Shown: one piece after another, positions 1-8,213 of the stretch
Layout: every line of letters starts with the position of its first letter
How positions within the stretch are numbered: position 1 is the first letter of the stretch
From: Deltaproteobacteria bacterium
Lineage (GTDB): Bacteria > Desulfobacterota > GWC2-55-46
DNA length: 64,000 nucleotides
Assembly (NCBI GenBank): GCA_016234935.1
Contig: JACRNL010000004.1
Location: 87,922-151,921, forward strand
Direction of reading: 5' to 3'
Position numbers and translations under genes: made by a program
Notes under the pieces: model-generated
What the model was told of the DNA's origin: nothing
The model's input: only the letters and a program-made list of their open reading frames with translations
Databases searched by the model: none

Positions 1-1008
1 GCTAACTTTTTTATTCAACTCCACGTTCGCCTCGTCCATGAAGTGCCCGGCCAGAACGGTTATATCCTCCCTTCTCTCCCTGAGCGGAGGTATCTCTATC
101 GTAAATTCATTCAGCCTGTGGTACAGGTCGCCTCTGAACTTGCCGCCCCTTGCCTCTTCGGAGATATTCACATTCGCTGCGACTATTATCCTAACGTCTA
201 TCTCTCTGTCTTTTTTGCCTCCCAGCCGATGGACCTTTCGCTCCTGCAGCACTCTGAGCAGTTTCGCCTGTATGGATTCGGAGAGGTTGGTCACCTCGTC
301 TAGGAAAAGGGTGCCGCCGTGGGCAAGCTCGAACTGCCCGTCCTTTCTCCCGTCTGCCCCTGTGAACGCGCCCTTCTCGTAACCGAAAAGCTCGCTCTCC
401 GCCAGGGTATTCTGGATTGTGCCGCAGTCAATCGCTATGAAGGGTCCCTCCTTTCTGGGACTCTTCTCGTGGATAAGCCTGGCAATGAGCTCCTTACCGG
501 TGCCGCTTTCACCCTGGAGTATCACGGTCATCTTCGTGGGGGCGACAACGCAGACCTGTTTCAAGACCTGTTTAATCTGAGACGAGCCGCCCTTCACCGG
601 CATAACCTCTCCCCGCTTGAAGCATACGGGGACATGCTTCATAAGGCGCCTCATCTCAAGGGCCTTCCTGATGATCAGGCTTAAATCCTCCTCAGCAAAG
701 GGCTTGGTGATATAATCGAATGCCCCAAGTTTCATGGCCATGACGGCGCTTTTCACGTCGCCGTAGGCGGTAAGCATAATGACCGCCAGGTCTTTGCTGG
801 ATGTCCTCATCACCTCCAATGCCTTTAACCCGTCCATGTCCGGCAGCTTCCTGTCAAGGAGGACAAGGTCAGGGAGCTCCTGTTCAAACCCCTTAATCGC
901 CGTCCTGGCGTCGTTGGCCGTTGCGACCCTGTATCCTTCAGACTCGAGGATATCAGAGAGTATGCGGCACGTGTCCTTATTGTCGTCAACCACTAAAATC
1001 ATATCCAT
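1..1008 (-). CDS. sigma-54-dependent response regulator (NtrC family); C-terminus runs off the left window edge
   Basis: Absent from the ORF track because it is open at the edge. My minus-strand translation from the ATG at 1006-1008 gives MDMILVVDDNKDTCRIL (receiver domain), then GESGTGKEL (Walker A), EKGAFTGA (GAFTGA sigma-54 contact motif) and TLFLDEV. GGAG lies about 9 nt upstream. The gene starts 15 nt after the stop of the kinase. Confidence 0.85.
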   Translation of the reverse strand, partial: MDMILVVDDNKDTCRILSDILESEGYRVATANDARTAIKGFEQELPDLVLLDRKLPDMDGLKALEVMRTSSKDLAVIMLTAYGDVKSAVMAMKLGAFDYITKPFAEEDLSLIIRKALEMRRLMKHVPVCFKRGEVMPVKGGSSQIKQVLKQVCVVAPTKMTVILQGESGTGKELIARLIHEKSPRKEGPFIAIDCGTIQNTLAESELFGYEKGAFTGADGRKDGQFELAHGGTLFLDEVTNLSESIQAKLLRVLQERKVHRLGGKKDREIDVRIIVAANVNISEEARGGKFRGDLYHRLNEFTIEIPPLRERREDITVLAGHFMDEANVELNKKVS

Positions 1009-1022
1009 TCTATCCGTCTCCG

Positions 1023-2495
1023 TCAGTCTTTTTGCAACATCGAGTTGGAAAAGACCGGGAGCCTGACTGTGACCTCCGTTCCCCTGCCGGCCTCGCTCCT
1101 GACCTCTATCCTTCCCTTATGGTGGGTTATCACGCTATGGGCTATTGAAAGGCCCAATCCAACGCCGCTGGCTTTTGTCGTAAAGAAGGGGTCGAATATC
1201 CTGTTCATATTGTCCTTGGATATCCCATCTCCCGTGTCTTTAAAGGCCACTACAATCTCTTTTGCATGATGGTCGAGGTGCGCGGAGACGACAAGGCTCC
1301 CCCCGCCGGGCATCGCGTCAACGGCGTTCAGGATGAAGTTCAGAAAGACGCCCTCAAGGCGCCTTTTGTCGAACATCTTCGGCGGAAGGTCCTTCTGCAC
1401 CCTTTTGCGCAGGTTCACGCGCTGTTTCGCGCACTGGCTTTTCGCAAGCGCGCAGGCCCTGTTTATCGCGGTCTCTATGCGCCCCAGCTCAAAGGACATA
1501 TCACCCGGCTTTGCGAAGTCTAAAAGGTCGGTTATTATACTGCCGGCGTTTTTGGAGTTTCTGAGTATTATCGAAAGATGCCTTTCAAGCCCCTCGTCAA
1601 GCTTGAACTTCTTCCGGCAGAACTGGACAGAGGCGCTTATATTGGCCAGTGGGTTTCGCAACTCATGGGCTATGCCCGCGGCCAGCTCGCCTACGCCGGC
1701 AAGACGCTCGGCATGAAGCAGCTGGTCCTCAAGCTTTACCATGCCGGTAACATCCCTGAAATATTCTATTGCCTGCTCGACCATATTATTGCTGTTTTTT
1801 ATGGGGAAGATGGAGACATCGAGGACGGTCTTTTCCACGCCGCGCTGCTGTATGTTTGTTATGCGGCCGGGTATGCCCTCTGTAAAGGTTCTCACGGCCG
1901 GACAGTTGTCGCATGCGTGATCTCTCCGGTAATATTGCGCAAAGCACTTCCTGCCTATTAACTCTGAAAAGTCGTTCCTGTTGAATATCTTGAGGAGCCC
2001 CTTGTTCACCCTGATTATATTGTAGTTCCTGTCTATAACCGATATGCCGTCTCCTATACCGTCGAAGATAGCCTGAAGTCTATCCTTGTTCTCCTTGAAC
2101 TTTTTTTCGAGCTCCAACTTTTCGGTAATGTCCCTGGCTATCTCCGCGACGGCAACTGTTTTTCCGTTTTCGTCGAATACAGGCGCGGCCATAAGTTCGA
2201 CATCTCGCCTGACGCCGTCGATATAATAAGCGTGAAAAAGGGATTTTTCAGGTCTCCCCGTCTTGAAGGCCGCCACGGAAGGGCAGCCGCCGCAAATCCC
2301 ATTTCCCTCGTGATAAACGTCATGACAGTAAAGACCTTTTTCTTCGGCAAGGCCGCCCGCCCAACGCTCCGCCACCGGATTTACCCAGATTATTCTCATA
2401 TCCTTATCGATCACGGTTATCCCCTCTGGGACGGGGCTCGATATGGCATGAAACATTTGGGCCGGCGTAATCTTCCGTGGATATTTCCTTTTCAC
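1023..2495 (-). CDS. PAS-domain sensor histidine kinase
   Basis: 490-aa ORF with two PAS-like modules. H-box AHELRNPL, N-box NAVDAM, G-boxes DTGDGI and GVGLGL. Forms an operon with the downstream NtrC-type regulator. Confidence 0.85.
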   Translation of the reverse strand: MKRKYPRKITPAQMFHAISSPVPEGITVIDKDMRIIWVNPVAERWAGGLAEEKGLYCHDVYHEGNGICGGCPSVAAFKTGRPEKSLFHAYYIDGVRRDVELMAAPVFDENGKTVAVAEIARDITEKLELEKKFKENKDRLQAIFDGIGDGISVIDRNYNIIRVNKGLLKIFNRNDFSELIGRKCFAQYYRRDHACDNCPAVRTFTEGIPGRITNIQQRGVEKTVLDVSIFPIKNSNNMVEQAIEYFRDVTGMVKLEDQLLHAERLAGVGELAAGIAHELRNPLANISASVQFCRKKFKLDEGLERHLSIILRNSKNAGSIITDLLDFAKPGDMSFELGRIETAINRACALAKSQCAKQRVNLRKRVQKDLPPKMFDKRRLEGVFLNFILNAVDAMPGGGSLVVSAHLDHHAKEIVVAFKDTGDGISKDNMNRIFDPFFTTKASGVGLGLSIAHSVITHHKGRIEVRSEAGRGTEVTVRLPVFSNSMLQKD

Positions 2496-2512
2496 GTTGA
2501 TATCTCCTCCGT

Positions 2513-2557
2513 AACGAAAAAAGGACGCAGCATGGCAGGTCAGACCGCCATGCTGCG
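2513..2557 (-). terminator. intrinsic terminator candidate
   Basis: 11-bp stem CGCAGCATGGC / GCCATGCTGCG (2526-2536 / 2547-2557). On the minus strand it is followed by TCCTTTTTTCG. Confidence 0.5.
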
Positions 2558-2777
2558 CAGACGGGTCTATTTCATGATGAATTATCTCAGGGCTTACGTT
2601 TTGATTGACGAAGAAGAAATACTTGAGAATCGCGGATCATGGAGGATGTCGCGGTGTTCTTATGCCTGATGGACTATATCAGACTATCCCGAATTTGGCA
2701 AATGACCCTGTTGCGGAAAAACGTTCCATGGATTTAAGCGCGGAAAGCTCCGAAACCAACAGCTAAGCAGACAGCCT

Positions 2778-3212
2778 CTACGGCCGCCCTTCGCCATCCT
2801 GCTTCTTCCTTAATTCATTCAGCCTGTATTCCATGTCAATGACCTTCATGAGGAGCGGCGTTATCGGGAAGCTTTTGGTATTGTCTAAATTTTTGGTTAT
2901 CACGAGCTTTAGTTCGGCCACGTCCTTTGCAAGGGTCTCAAGTTCGCGGGTAAAGCCGCCCTTCCATATCTGGAGGTTTTCATTTTCCTTCTGCATTTCC
3001 ATGTACCGCTCGGTCAGCACGGTGAGGGTGCGGCTTTTGTCCAAGAGTTTATGCTCATAGTCCGTGACCATCGAAGCGCTGACGGCGCGCTCTATTTTGA
3101 GCTGCCTCGCAAGCTCGCCCATGTTCCTGTCATATTCGCTTTCCCGGACAAAACCAATGCAGCCGGAAATAAGCGCGGACGCGCAAACTAATAAAGTAAA
3201 CTGTTTAATCAT
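2778..3212 (-). CDS. coiled-coil lipoprotein, function unknown
   Basis: The internal ATG at 3210-3212 gives MIKQFTLLVCASALISGC (signal peptide plus lipobox). The longer track ORF (to 3338) starts on TTG inside repeat A1, so I trimmed it. Confidence 0.5.
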   Translation of the reverse strand: MIKQFTLLVCASALISGCIGFVRESEYDRNMGELARQLKIERAVSASMVTDYEHKLLDKSRTLTVLTERYMEMQKENENLQIWKGGFTRELETLAKDVAELKLVITKNLDNTKSFPITPLLMKVIDMEYRLNELRKKQDGEGRP

Positions 3213-3325
3213 ACCGGCATACGTTTTTTTACTTAGCAGGTTGCTAAAGAACTCCAAATTCACAACAGACACTACCATGCGGCAAGGAGCGCGAAATATC
3301 TGTTTCTTTGAGCGGCCTGCCAAGG

Positions 3326-3450
3326 GCAGGCCGCTCAAAAAGCCCCAGCTACTAGGCGACGAGGAGCAAGGAGCGAGGCGTAGTGTGTCCTACGCCGCAG
3401 TGACGAGCGACGAAGGCAACGACGTAGCTGGGGCTTTTTCAGCGGCCTGC
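3326..3450 (+). repeat. family A palindromic element, copy A1
   Basis: GCAGGCCGCTCAAAAAGCCCCAGCTAC ... GTAGCTGGGGCTTTTTCAGCGGCCTGC forms a 27-nt arm pair with one mismatch. Central hairpin GGCGTAG/CTACGCC. It contains the stop codon of 3439..4263. An extra arm remnant lies at 3311-3322. Confidence 0.85.
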
Positions 3451-4263
3451 TAAGGATTCGTCTATCCATTCCAGATATTCCTCAAGCCCTGCCTCTATGG
3501 GCACGGCGATTACCTCCGGGACCTCGTAGCCGTGAAGCTCCTTTATCCTTTTTTTAAGCCTTTCAAAATGAGAGCGCCGGGTCTTGAAGATGCAAAGGCA
3601 TTCCGGCTCTTTGCAGAGCTTACCCTTCCAGACGTAGATGGACTTCATGATTGGAACGATATTGCAGCACGCGGCAAGGCGCTCGGTGACGGCCTTTTCC
3701 CCGATGCGTTCCGCGTCCTGGGCGTTAGCCGTCGTCACGAAAACCATGACATAGCCTGCAGCTGCCTTGTCCATGCCGCCTCCCCTGCCCGAAAAGATGT
3801 CCGACAGCGTCTTTATCATGCCCTCCCTGTGCGTGCCTGCCCAGTAGATGCGCCCGCAGGAGGGACATTTTGAAAATTCCTTTTGCGTCTCGTATACGTA
3901 GGCCGGGACGCCGCCCCTTATCAAATCCCTTTCTATCTTCCGAAGAACGGTGTTGCACCTCAGGCAGCGCGTAAGGGCGCGGCTCGCGTCCAATTCAAAT
4001 CTTTTGTCAACCTGCCTGAGCTGTTCATTGATATCGCCGGACTCGACAAAAAAAGAACGTCCAACGGCGGCCCTTCGTTTTACAAGGAGCGTGTCCCGCG
4101 TGAGGATTACGCGCCCCTGTCTGACCGCCTCCTCGACAAGCTCCCTGTCGCTTATCCGCCGGCTGTAAGCGGCGTCATAGCCAAGCGTTCTAAGCCAGCG
4201 GGCGAGCTTGCCGAGCATGGCGTCGGCATAGAACTTCGGGCGCGCGCCTTCTTCCTTGTTCAT
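3439..4263 (-). CDS. Mut7-C (DUF82) RNase-like domain fused to a CutA1 divalent-cation tolerance domain
   Basis: N-terminal ~165 aa: FYADAMLGKLARWLRTLGYD plus zinc ribbon CLRCN..CPSCG (Mut7-C type). C-terminal ~105 aa: VMVFVTTANAQDAERIGEKAVTERLAACCNIVP..YVWKG (CutA1 type). No stop codon between the two parts. Confidence 0.6.
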   Translation of the reverse strand: MNKEEGARPKFYADAMLGKLARWLRTLGYDAAYSRRISDRELVEEAVRQGRVILTRDTLLVKRRAAVGRSFFVESGDINEQLRQVDKRFELDASRALTRCLRCNTVLRKIERDLIRGGVPAYVYETQKEFSKCPSCGRIYWAGTHREGMIKTLSDIFSGRGGGMDKAAAGYVMVFVTTANAQDAERIGEKAVTERLAACCNIVPIMKSIYVWKGKLCKEPECLCIFKTRRSHFERLKKRIKELHGYEVPEVIAVPIEAGLEEYLEWIDESLAGR

Positions 4264-4269
4264 ATTCGC

Positions 4270-4761
4270 TCATAAAAGCCCGGCAACGCTTATGGACTCC
4301 CACGAGGCGTTGACGAGCTTCCACTCCCCGCCTTCTTTTTTGAATATCAGCGTAAACCTGAAGGCGTCCGCGTTTTCCGACAGTATGTCTTTAATGGACT
4401 TTACATCCTTTCCCTTGAAGGGGGTCACCCCCCTGACAAGCGCGGCCTTTGCCGTTACAAGCGCCTTTTCACCTTTTACCTCCACCGTGACGCCGGTGAC
4501 GAATACCTTTATCTTTCCGGGCCTGAAAAACTCGCCGAACAGGACGCCTTTTATGCCGTTATAGTCAAGGCCGTTGTCGTCGCGGTAGTCCTTTGACACG
4601 AGCTTCATAATGCCGGCGGTGTCCTTGGCCTCGGCGGCCTCGGCGGCCCTGTTTATCGCCGCGCGGATAAGCTCCTCGTCCGTAGCCTTCTTCCCGCATG
4701 AGCACAGGGCAAGGACTATGAGCAGGCCGAGCGCGGCCGGTTTTATGTAAGTTCCGCGCAT
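4270..4761 (-). CDS. lipoprotein, possibly NTF2/SnoaL-like fold
   Basis: Signal peptide with lipobox LALCSCG. The mature part has an alpha+beta pattern ending in GGEWKLV. The fold call is tentative. Confidence 0.45.
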   Translation of the reverse strand: MRGTYIKPAALGLLIVLALCSCGKKATDEELIRAAINRAAEAAEAKDTAGIMKLVSKDYRDDNGLDYNGIKGVLFGEFFRPGKIKVFVTGVTVEVKGEKALVTAKAALVRGVTPFKGKDVKSIKDILSENADAFRFTLIFKKEGGEWKLVNASWESISVAGLL

Positions 4762-4764
4762 ATA

Positions 4765-5793
4765 TTATCCAAAAAACACGCCGGCTATGTTGAATATCTC
4801 CATGTCAACGGTCTTTGCCTTGCTGGTGGCCTCTTCAAGGGAGACGTCTGCTATCTTGTTGCCCTGAAGCGCGCACATCCTGCCGAATTTGCCCTCATGC
4901 ACCATGTCTATGGCGCGGATACCGAAGCGCGTGGCCAAAATTCTGTCATACGCCGAAGGGGTTCCGCCCCTCTGGAGATGCCCGAGGACTACGTGGCGGG
5001 ACTCATGTCCCGTCCTTTTTTCAATTTCAAGCGCCAGAAACTCCCCCACGCCGCCGAGCCTGGCGTGTCCAAAAGCGTCAAGCGCCTGATCCCTGGCTAT
5101 CATGCCCTTTACCTCCGAGGGATGCGCGCCCTCCGCGGCTACGATGACGCTGAAGCATTTGCCCTCGTCGCTCCTTCTTTTCACGCTCGCGCATACCTCG
5201 GAAATGTCAAACGGCTTTTCAGGTATAAGTATGCAGTCCGCGCCCCCGGCCAGTCCGCCGTATGTGGCTATCCACCCGGCGTGCCTGCCCATGACCTCGA
5301 CAACCATGACCCTGTGGTGCGCCTCCGTCGTTGTGTGCAGTCTGTCAAGCGCCTCGGTGACTATGCCCACCGCCGTGTCAAAACCGAAGGTAAAATCAGT
5401 GCCCGACAGGTCGTTGTCAATGGTCTTCGGGACGCCCACCGTCTTCAGGCCGTAGGAAAAAAGCCTTGCCGCCACCCCCAGCGTGTCGTCCCCGCCGATG
5501 CAGACAAGCGCGTCTATGCCGAGCGCCTTTATGCCCTTGATGACCTTCTCAATATCCTCCGGCTTTTTTAAGGGATTCGTCCTCGAAGTGCCCAGTATCG
5601 TCCCGCCAAGCGGCAGTATGCCGGAGATGCTCGACTGCGTAAGAGGCATCGTTGACACGTCAAGAAGCCCCCGCCAGCCGTCTTTAATGCCGACAAATTC
5701 ATACCCGTAATGAAAGCCCTTTTTCACCACGGCGCGTATCACGGCATTAAGCCCCGGACAATCCCCGCCGCCGGTAAGGATACCTACCTTCAT
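4765..5793 (-). CDS. pfk: 6-phosphofructokinase, PPi-type signature
   Basis: MKVGILTGGGDCPGLNAVIRAVV. GGDDT where E. coli PfkA has GGDGS. PKTIDND where PfkA has PGTIDND. Also MGR and GHLQRGG motifs. Confidence 0.9.
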   Translation of the reverse strand: MKVGILTGGGDCPGLNAVIRAVVKKGFHYGYEFVGIKDGWRGLLDVSTMPLTQSSISGILPLGGTILGTSRTNPLKKPEDIEKVIKGIKALGIDALVCIGGDDTLGVAARLFSYGLKTVGVPKTIDNDLSGTDFTFGFDTAVGIVTEALDRLHTTTEAHHRVMVVEVMGRHAGWIATYGGLAGGADCILIPEKPFDISEVCASVKRRSDEGKCFSVIVAAEGAHPSEVKGMIARDQALDAFGHARLGGVGEFLALEIEKRTGHESRHVVLGHLQRGGTPSAYDRILATRFGIRAIDMVHEGKFGRMCALQGNKIADVSLEEATSKAKTVDMEIFNIAGVFFG

Positions 5794-5856
5794 AATGAGC
5801 CTCCTTTAATTCTGATTAGGACTGATTTTTTTAAAAATCTCTTTCCAAGCCATTGT

Positions 5857-5978
5857 CAGGCTGCTCAAAAAGCCCCAGATGCAAGGCGTCGAGGAGCGAG
5901 GAATGAGGCGTGGCCGTACCACGCCGCAGTGACGAACGACGAAGACAACGCCGCAGATGGGGTTTTTTCAGCAGCCTG
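5857..5978 (+). repeat. family A element, copy A2
   Basis: CAGGCTGCTCAAAAAGCCCC ... GGGGTTTTTTCAGCAGCCTG. Central hairpin GGCGTGG/CCACGCC. It ends 1 nt before the TGA of 5979..7418. Confidence 0.85.
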
Positions 5979-7418
5979 TCAGGCCAGCGGCAGGCGCACT
6001 ATGAAGGTCGTGCCCATGCCCGGCTCGCTTTGGGCCTCGATGGCGCCCTTGAGGGACTCGGCTATCTCCCTGCAGATACTCAGGCCCAGGCCCGCGCCTC
6101 CGGCGGCCATGCCTTCGCCGAGGGCCTCCCGTGAGCGCGCCTTATCCACCCTGTAAAACCTGTCGAAAATATACGGCAGGTCTTCCTTCGATATGCCTAT
6201 GCCCGTATCCCTGACCTTGATGACGGCGGCGTTATCTTCCGCTTCAACGGACAGTTCCACCGTTCCGCCCTGCGGCGTGTACTTCAGGGCGTTATCAATG
6301 AGGTTAAACAGCATCTGGCTTATCCTCACCGGATCGCCGAACACTGCCACGGGGTCATTCCTAAGTATTGCCATATTCACCCCCCTGTCAAGGGCGAAAC
6401 GCCTGAAATGGTCAACGCGCTCTGTGAGCGCCCTGTCAAGGGCGACCTCCTGCATTGACGCGGCATCCTTCATGCCGGTCTTTTCAACGTCTATGCGGGC
6501 AAGGTCGAGGAGGTTTCTGACGATGTAGCTCATCCTGTCGATCTCCTCAAGGGAGCTTTTGAGCGCATCCCTCATGGCCTCCGGGTCGTTTTTAATTCGC
6601 AGCGCTATCTCCATCTCGCCCTTCAGGATGGTAAGCGGGGTCTTAAGTTCATGCGAGGCGTCGGCGGTGAACTGCTTTATCTGCAGGAATGATTTTTCAA
6701 GTCTCGCTATCATCTCGTTCATGGTGGCGGCAAGCCGGCCTATCTCGTCGTTCTTTACAACGACGTTTATCCTCTCGTTGAGGTTTTCAGCGCCTATCCT
6801 TTGCGCGGCGGCTCGAAGGTCCTGAACCGGCTTAAGGGCCTTTCGCGCAAGGACCCACCCGCCGGCGGCGGCGATAATGACCGACCCGGCCAGGCCGAAG
6901 CCGAAGATGTAGAAAAGGGAGCTGAGCACCTCCTCCATGCTTTGCAGGGACGCGCCCACCTGCACGATGGCCACCACGCCTTTGTGCTTTAGGCTTATCG
7001 GCTTTGTGACTAACCTCACGGGGTATCTGCCGAAGTTGCGGTAGACCTCGAAGGTGGTCACGCCGTTAAGGGCGTGCTCATATGTGTCCTGCGACAGCGG
7101 AAGGTAGGCGGATTCAAGGTTTGACGAGCGGGCCGCGACGTTGCCGTCCATGTCAAGCACCTGCACGAAGTTGCCGGCGATGCGTATGCCGAAGAACCTC
7201 TCAAGTATGATGTCGAAGTCCCCCGGCAGAAGGAGTTTGCCCGAAGGCTGGACTACGGTGTGCGCCATCATGCCGGCTACCGAGCCTATCTGCTCGTCCA
7301 CGCGGTCAATGAATATCCTTGAAAGCGTATAGGAGAAGACCGCGCCAAAGGCAAGCAGGCTCGCCGTTAAGAGCGTTACATACCAGAAGGTAAGTTTAGT
7401 GCGGATGGAAAATGCCAT
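5979..7418 (-). CDS. membrane sensor histidine kinase with HAMP domain
   Basis: Two transmembrane segments and a HAMP domain. H-box SHELKTPL, N-box NLIDNALKYT, DTGIGI, GAGLGLSI. Confidence 0.85.
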   Translation of the reverse strand: MAFSIRTKLTFWYVTLLTASLLAFGAVFSYTLSRIFIDRVDEQIGSVAGMMAHTVVQPSGKLLLPGDFDIILERFFGIRIAGNFVQVLDMDGNVAARSSNLESAYLPLSQDTYEHALNGVTTFEVYRNFGRYPVRLVTKPISLKHKGVVAIVQVGASLQSMEEVLSSLFYIFGFGLAGSVIIAAAGGWVLARKALKPVQDLRAAAQRIGAENLNERINVVVKNDEIGRLAATMNEMIARLEKSFLQIKQFTADASHELKTPLTILKGEMEIALRIKNDPEAMRDALKSSLEEIDRMSYIVRNLLDLARIDVEKTGMKDAASMQEVALDRALTERVDHFRRFALDRGVNMAILRNDPVAVFGDPVRISQMLFNLIDNALKYTPQGGTVELSVEAEDNAAVIKVRDTGIGISKEDLPYIFDRFYRVDKARSREALGEGMAAGGAGLGLSICREIAESLKGAIEAQSEPGMGTTFIVRLPLA

Positions 7419-7428
7419 GGGAAGGTTG

Positions 7429-8124
7429 TCACTCGCCCATCAATCTCAAAGTGTCCAGCGACTTTATGATTATCTCTTTTCTTTTTATGTCGAGGATGCC
7501 CTCTTCCTTGAATGTCTTCAAGAGCCTTATGGAGGTCTCCTGGGTTATGCCGAGCAGCTCGGCTATTTCAAGACGTGAAAGCGTCAGGTTCAGCTTGACG
7601 CCGCCGTCCTTTTTCACCCCGTACTCGCTGGCAAGGCTGTAAAGAAGGTGCGCGAGCTTTTCTCTCGCGTTCAAAAGGCCGAGGGAGCCGATTCTCTCAT
7701 AGGCGCTGTTGAGCTCTCGGCCCATCGCGATTATGAGCTTTCTCGCGATATCCGGCTCCTTTTCGAGAATCTTGAAAAAGTTATCCTTCCCGATGAAGCA
7801 CAGCTCCGCCTCCTCCATTGCCACGGCGGAGGTGGCAAAGGTCTTGCCGTCGTAAAAAACCTCAAAGCCCAGAAGGTCGCCGGGGTTCAATATCTTTATT
7901 ATCTGCTCCTTACCGGTGCTCGACGCCCTGATGAGCTTCACCCTTCCGCTCTTTATGATGTAGAGACCCTTGCACTCGTCGCCTTCCATGACGATTATCT
8001 CGCGTTTTTTACGCTGCACGAACGCGATTACGTCCTTGAAGGCGTCAAGCTGGCGTTCCGTAAGGTGTGTGAAAAGGGCGTTTTCCTTGATGTGGCACTG
8101 GCAAAGCGCACAGATTTCTTTCAT
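7429..8124 (-). CDS. CRP/FNR-family transcription regulator
   Basis: cNMP-binding beta-barrel plus a C-terminal HTH (SRLEIAELLGITQETSIRLLK). Start moved to the ATG at 8122-8124 (MKEICALCQCH, GGGAGA upstream). The track extension to 8289 reads through repeats E1 and C1. Confidence 0.8.
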   Translation of the reverse strand: MKEICALCQCHIKENALFTHLTERQLDAFKDVIAFVQRKKREIIVMEGDECKGLYIIKSGRVKLIRASSTGKEQIIKILNPGDLLGFEVFYDGKTFATSAVAMEEAELCFIGKDNFFKILEKEPDIARKLIIAMGRELNSAYERIGSLGLLNAREKLAHLLYSLASEYGVKKDGGVKLNLTLSRLEIAELLGITQETSIRLLKTFKEEGILDIKRKEIIIKSLDTLRLMGE

Positions 8125-8137
8125 GCGTGTCTCCCGT

Positions 8138-8213
8138 ATTAAAGTTCCGGTTGCCGCACCTGCGGTGAACAAAGCTAAATGGTTGTATTTTGACTTTGGC
8201 CGTGCGCAGCGCC
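8138..8213 (-). repeat. family E element, copy E1
   Basis: The reverse complement reads GGCGCTGCGCACGGCCAAAGTCAAAATACAACCATTTAGCTTTG..CGCAGGTGC..AACTTTAAT. It lies between the stop of 8213..9865 and the crp-like start. Confidence 0.8.

Noticed and set aside
2696-2714. A sigma-54 promoter-like TGGCA...TTGC near the NtrC-type system.
   Set aside because: The GG-to-GC spacing is 14 nt instead of 10. It is also on the plus strand, with no plus-strand gene downstream.
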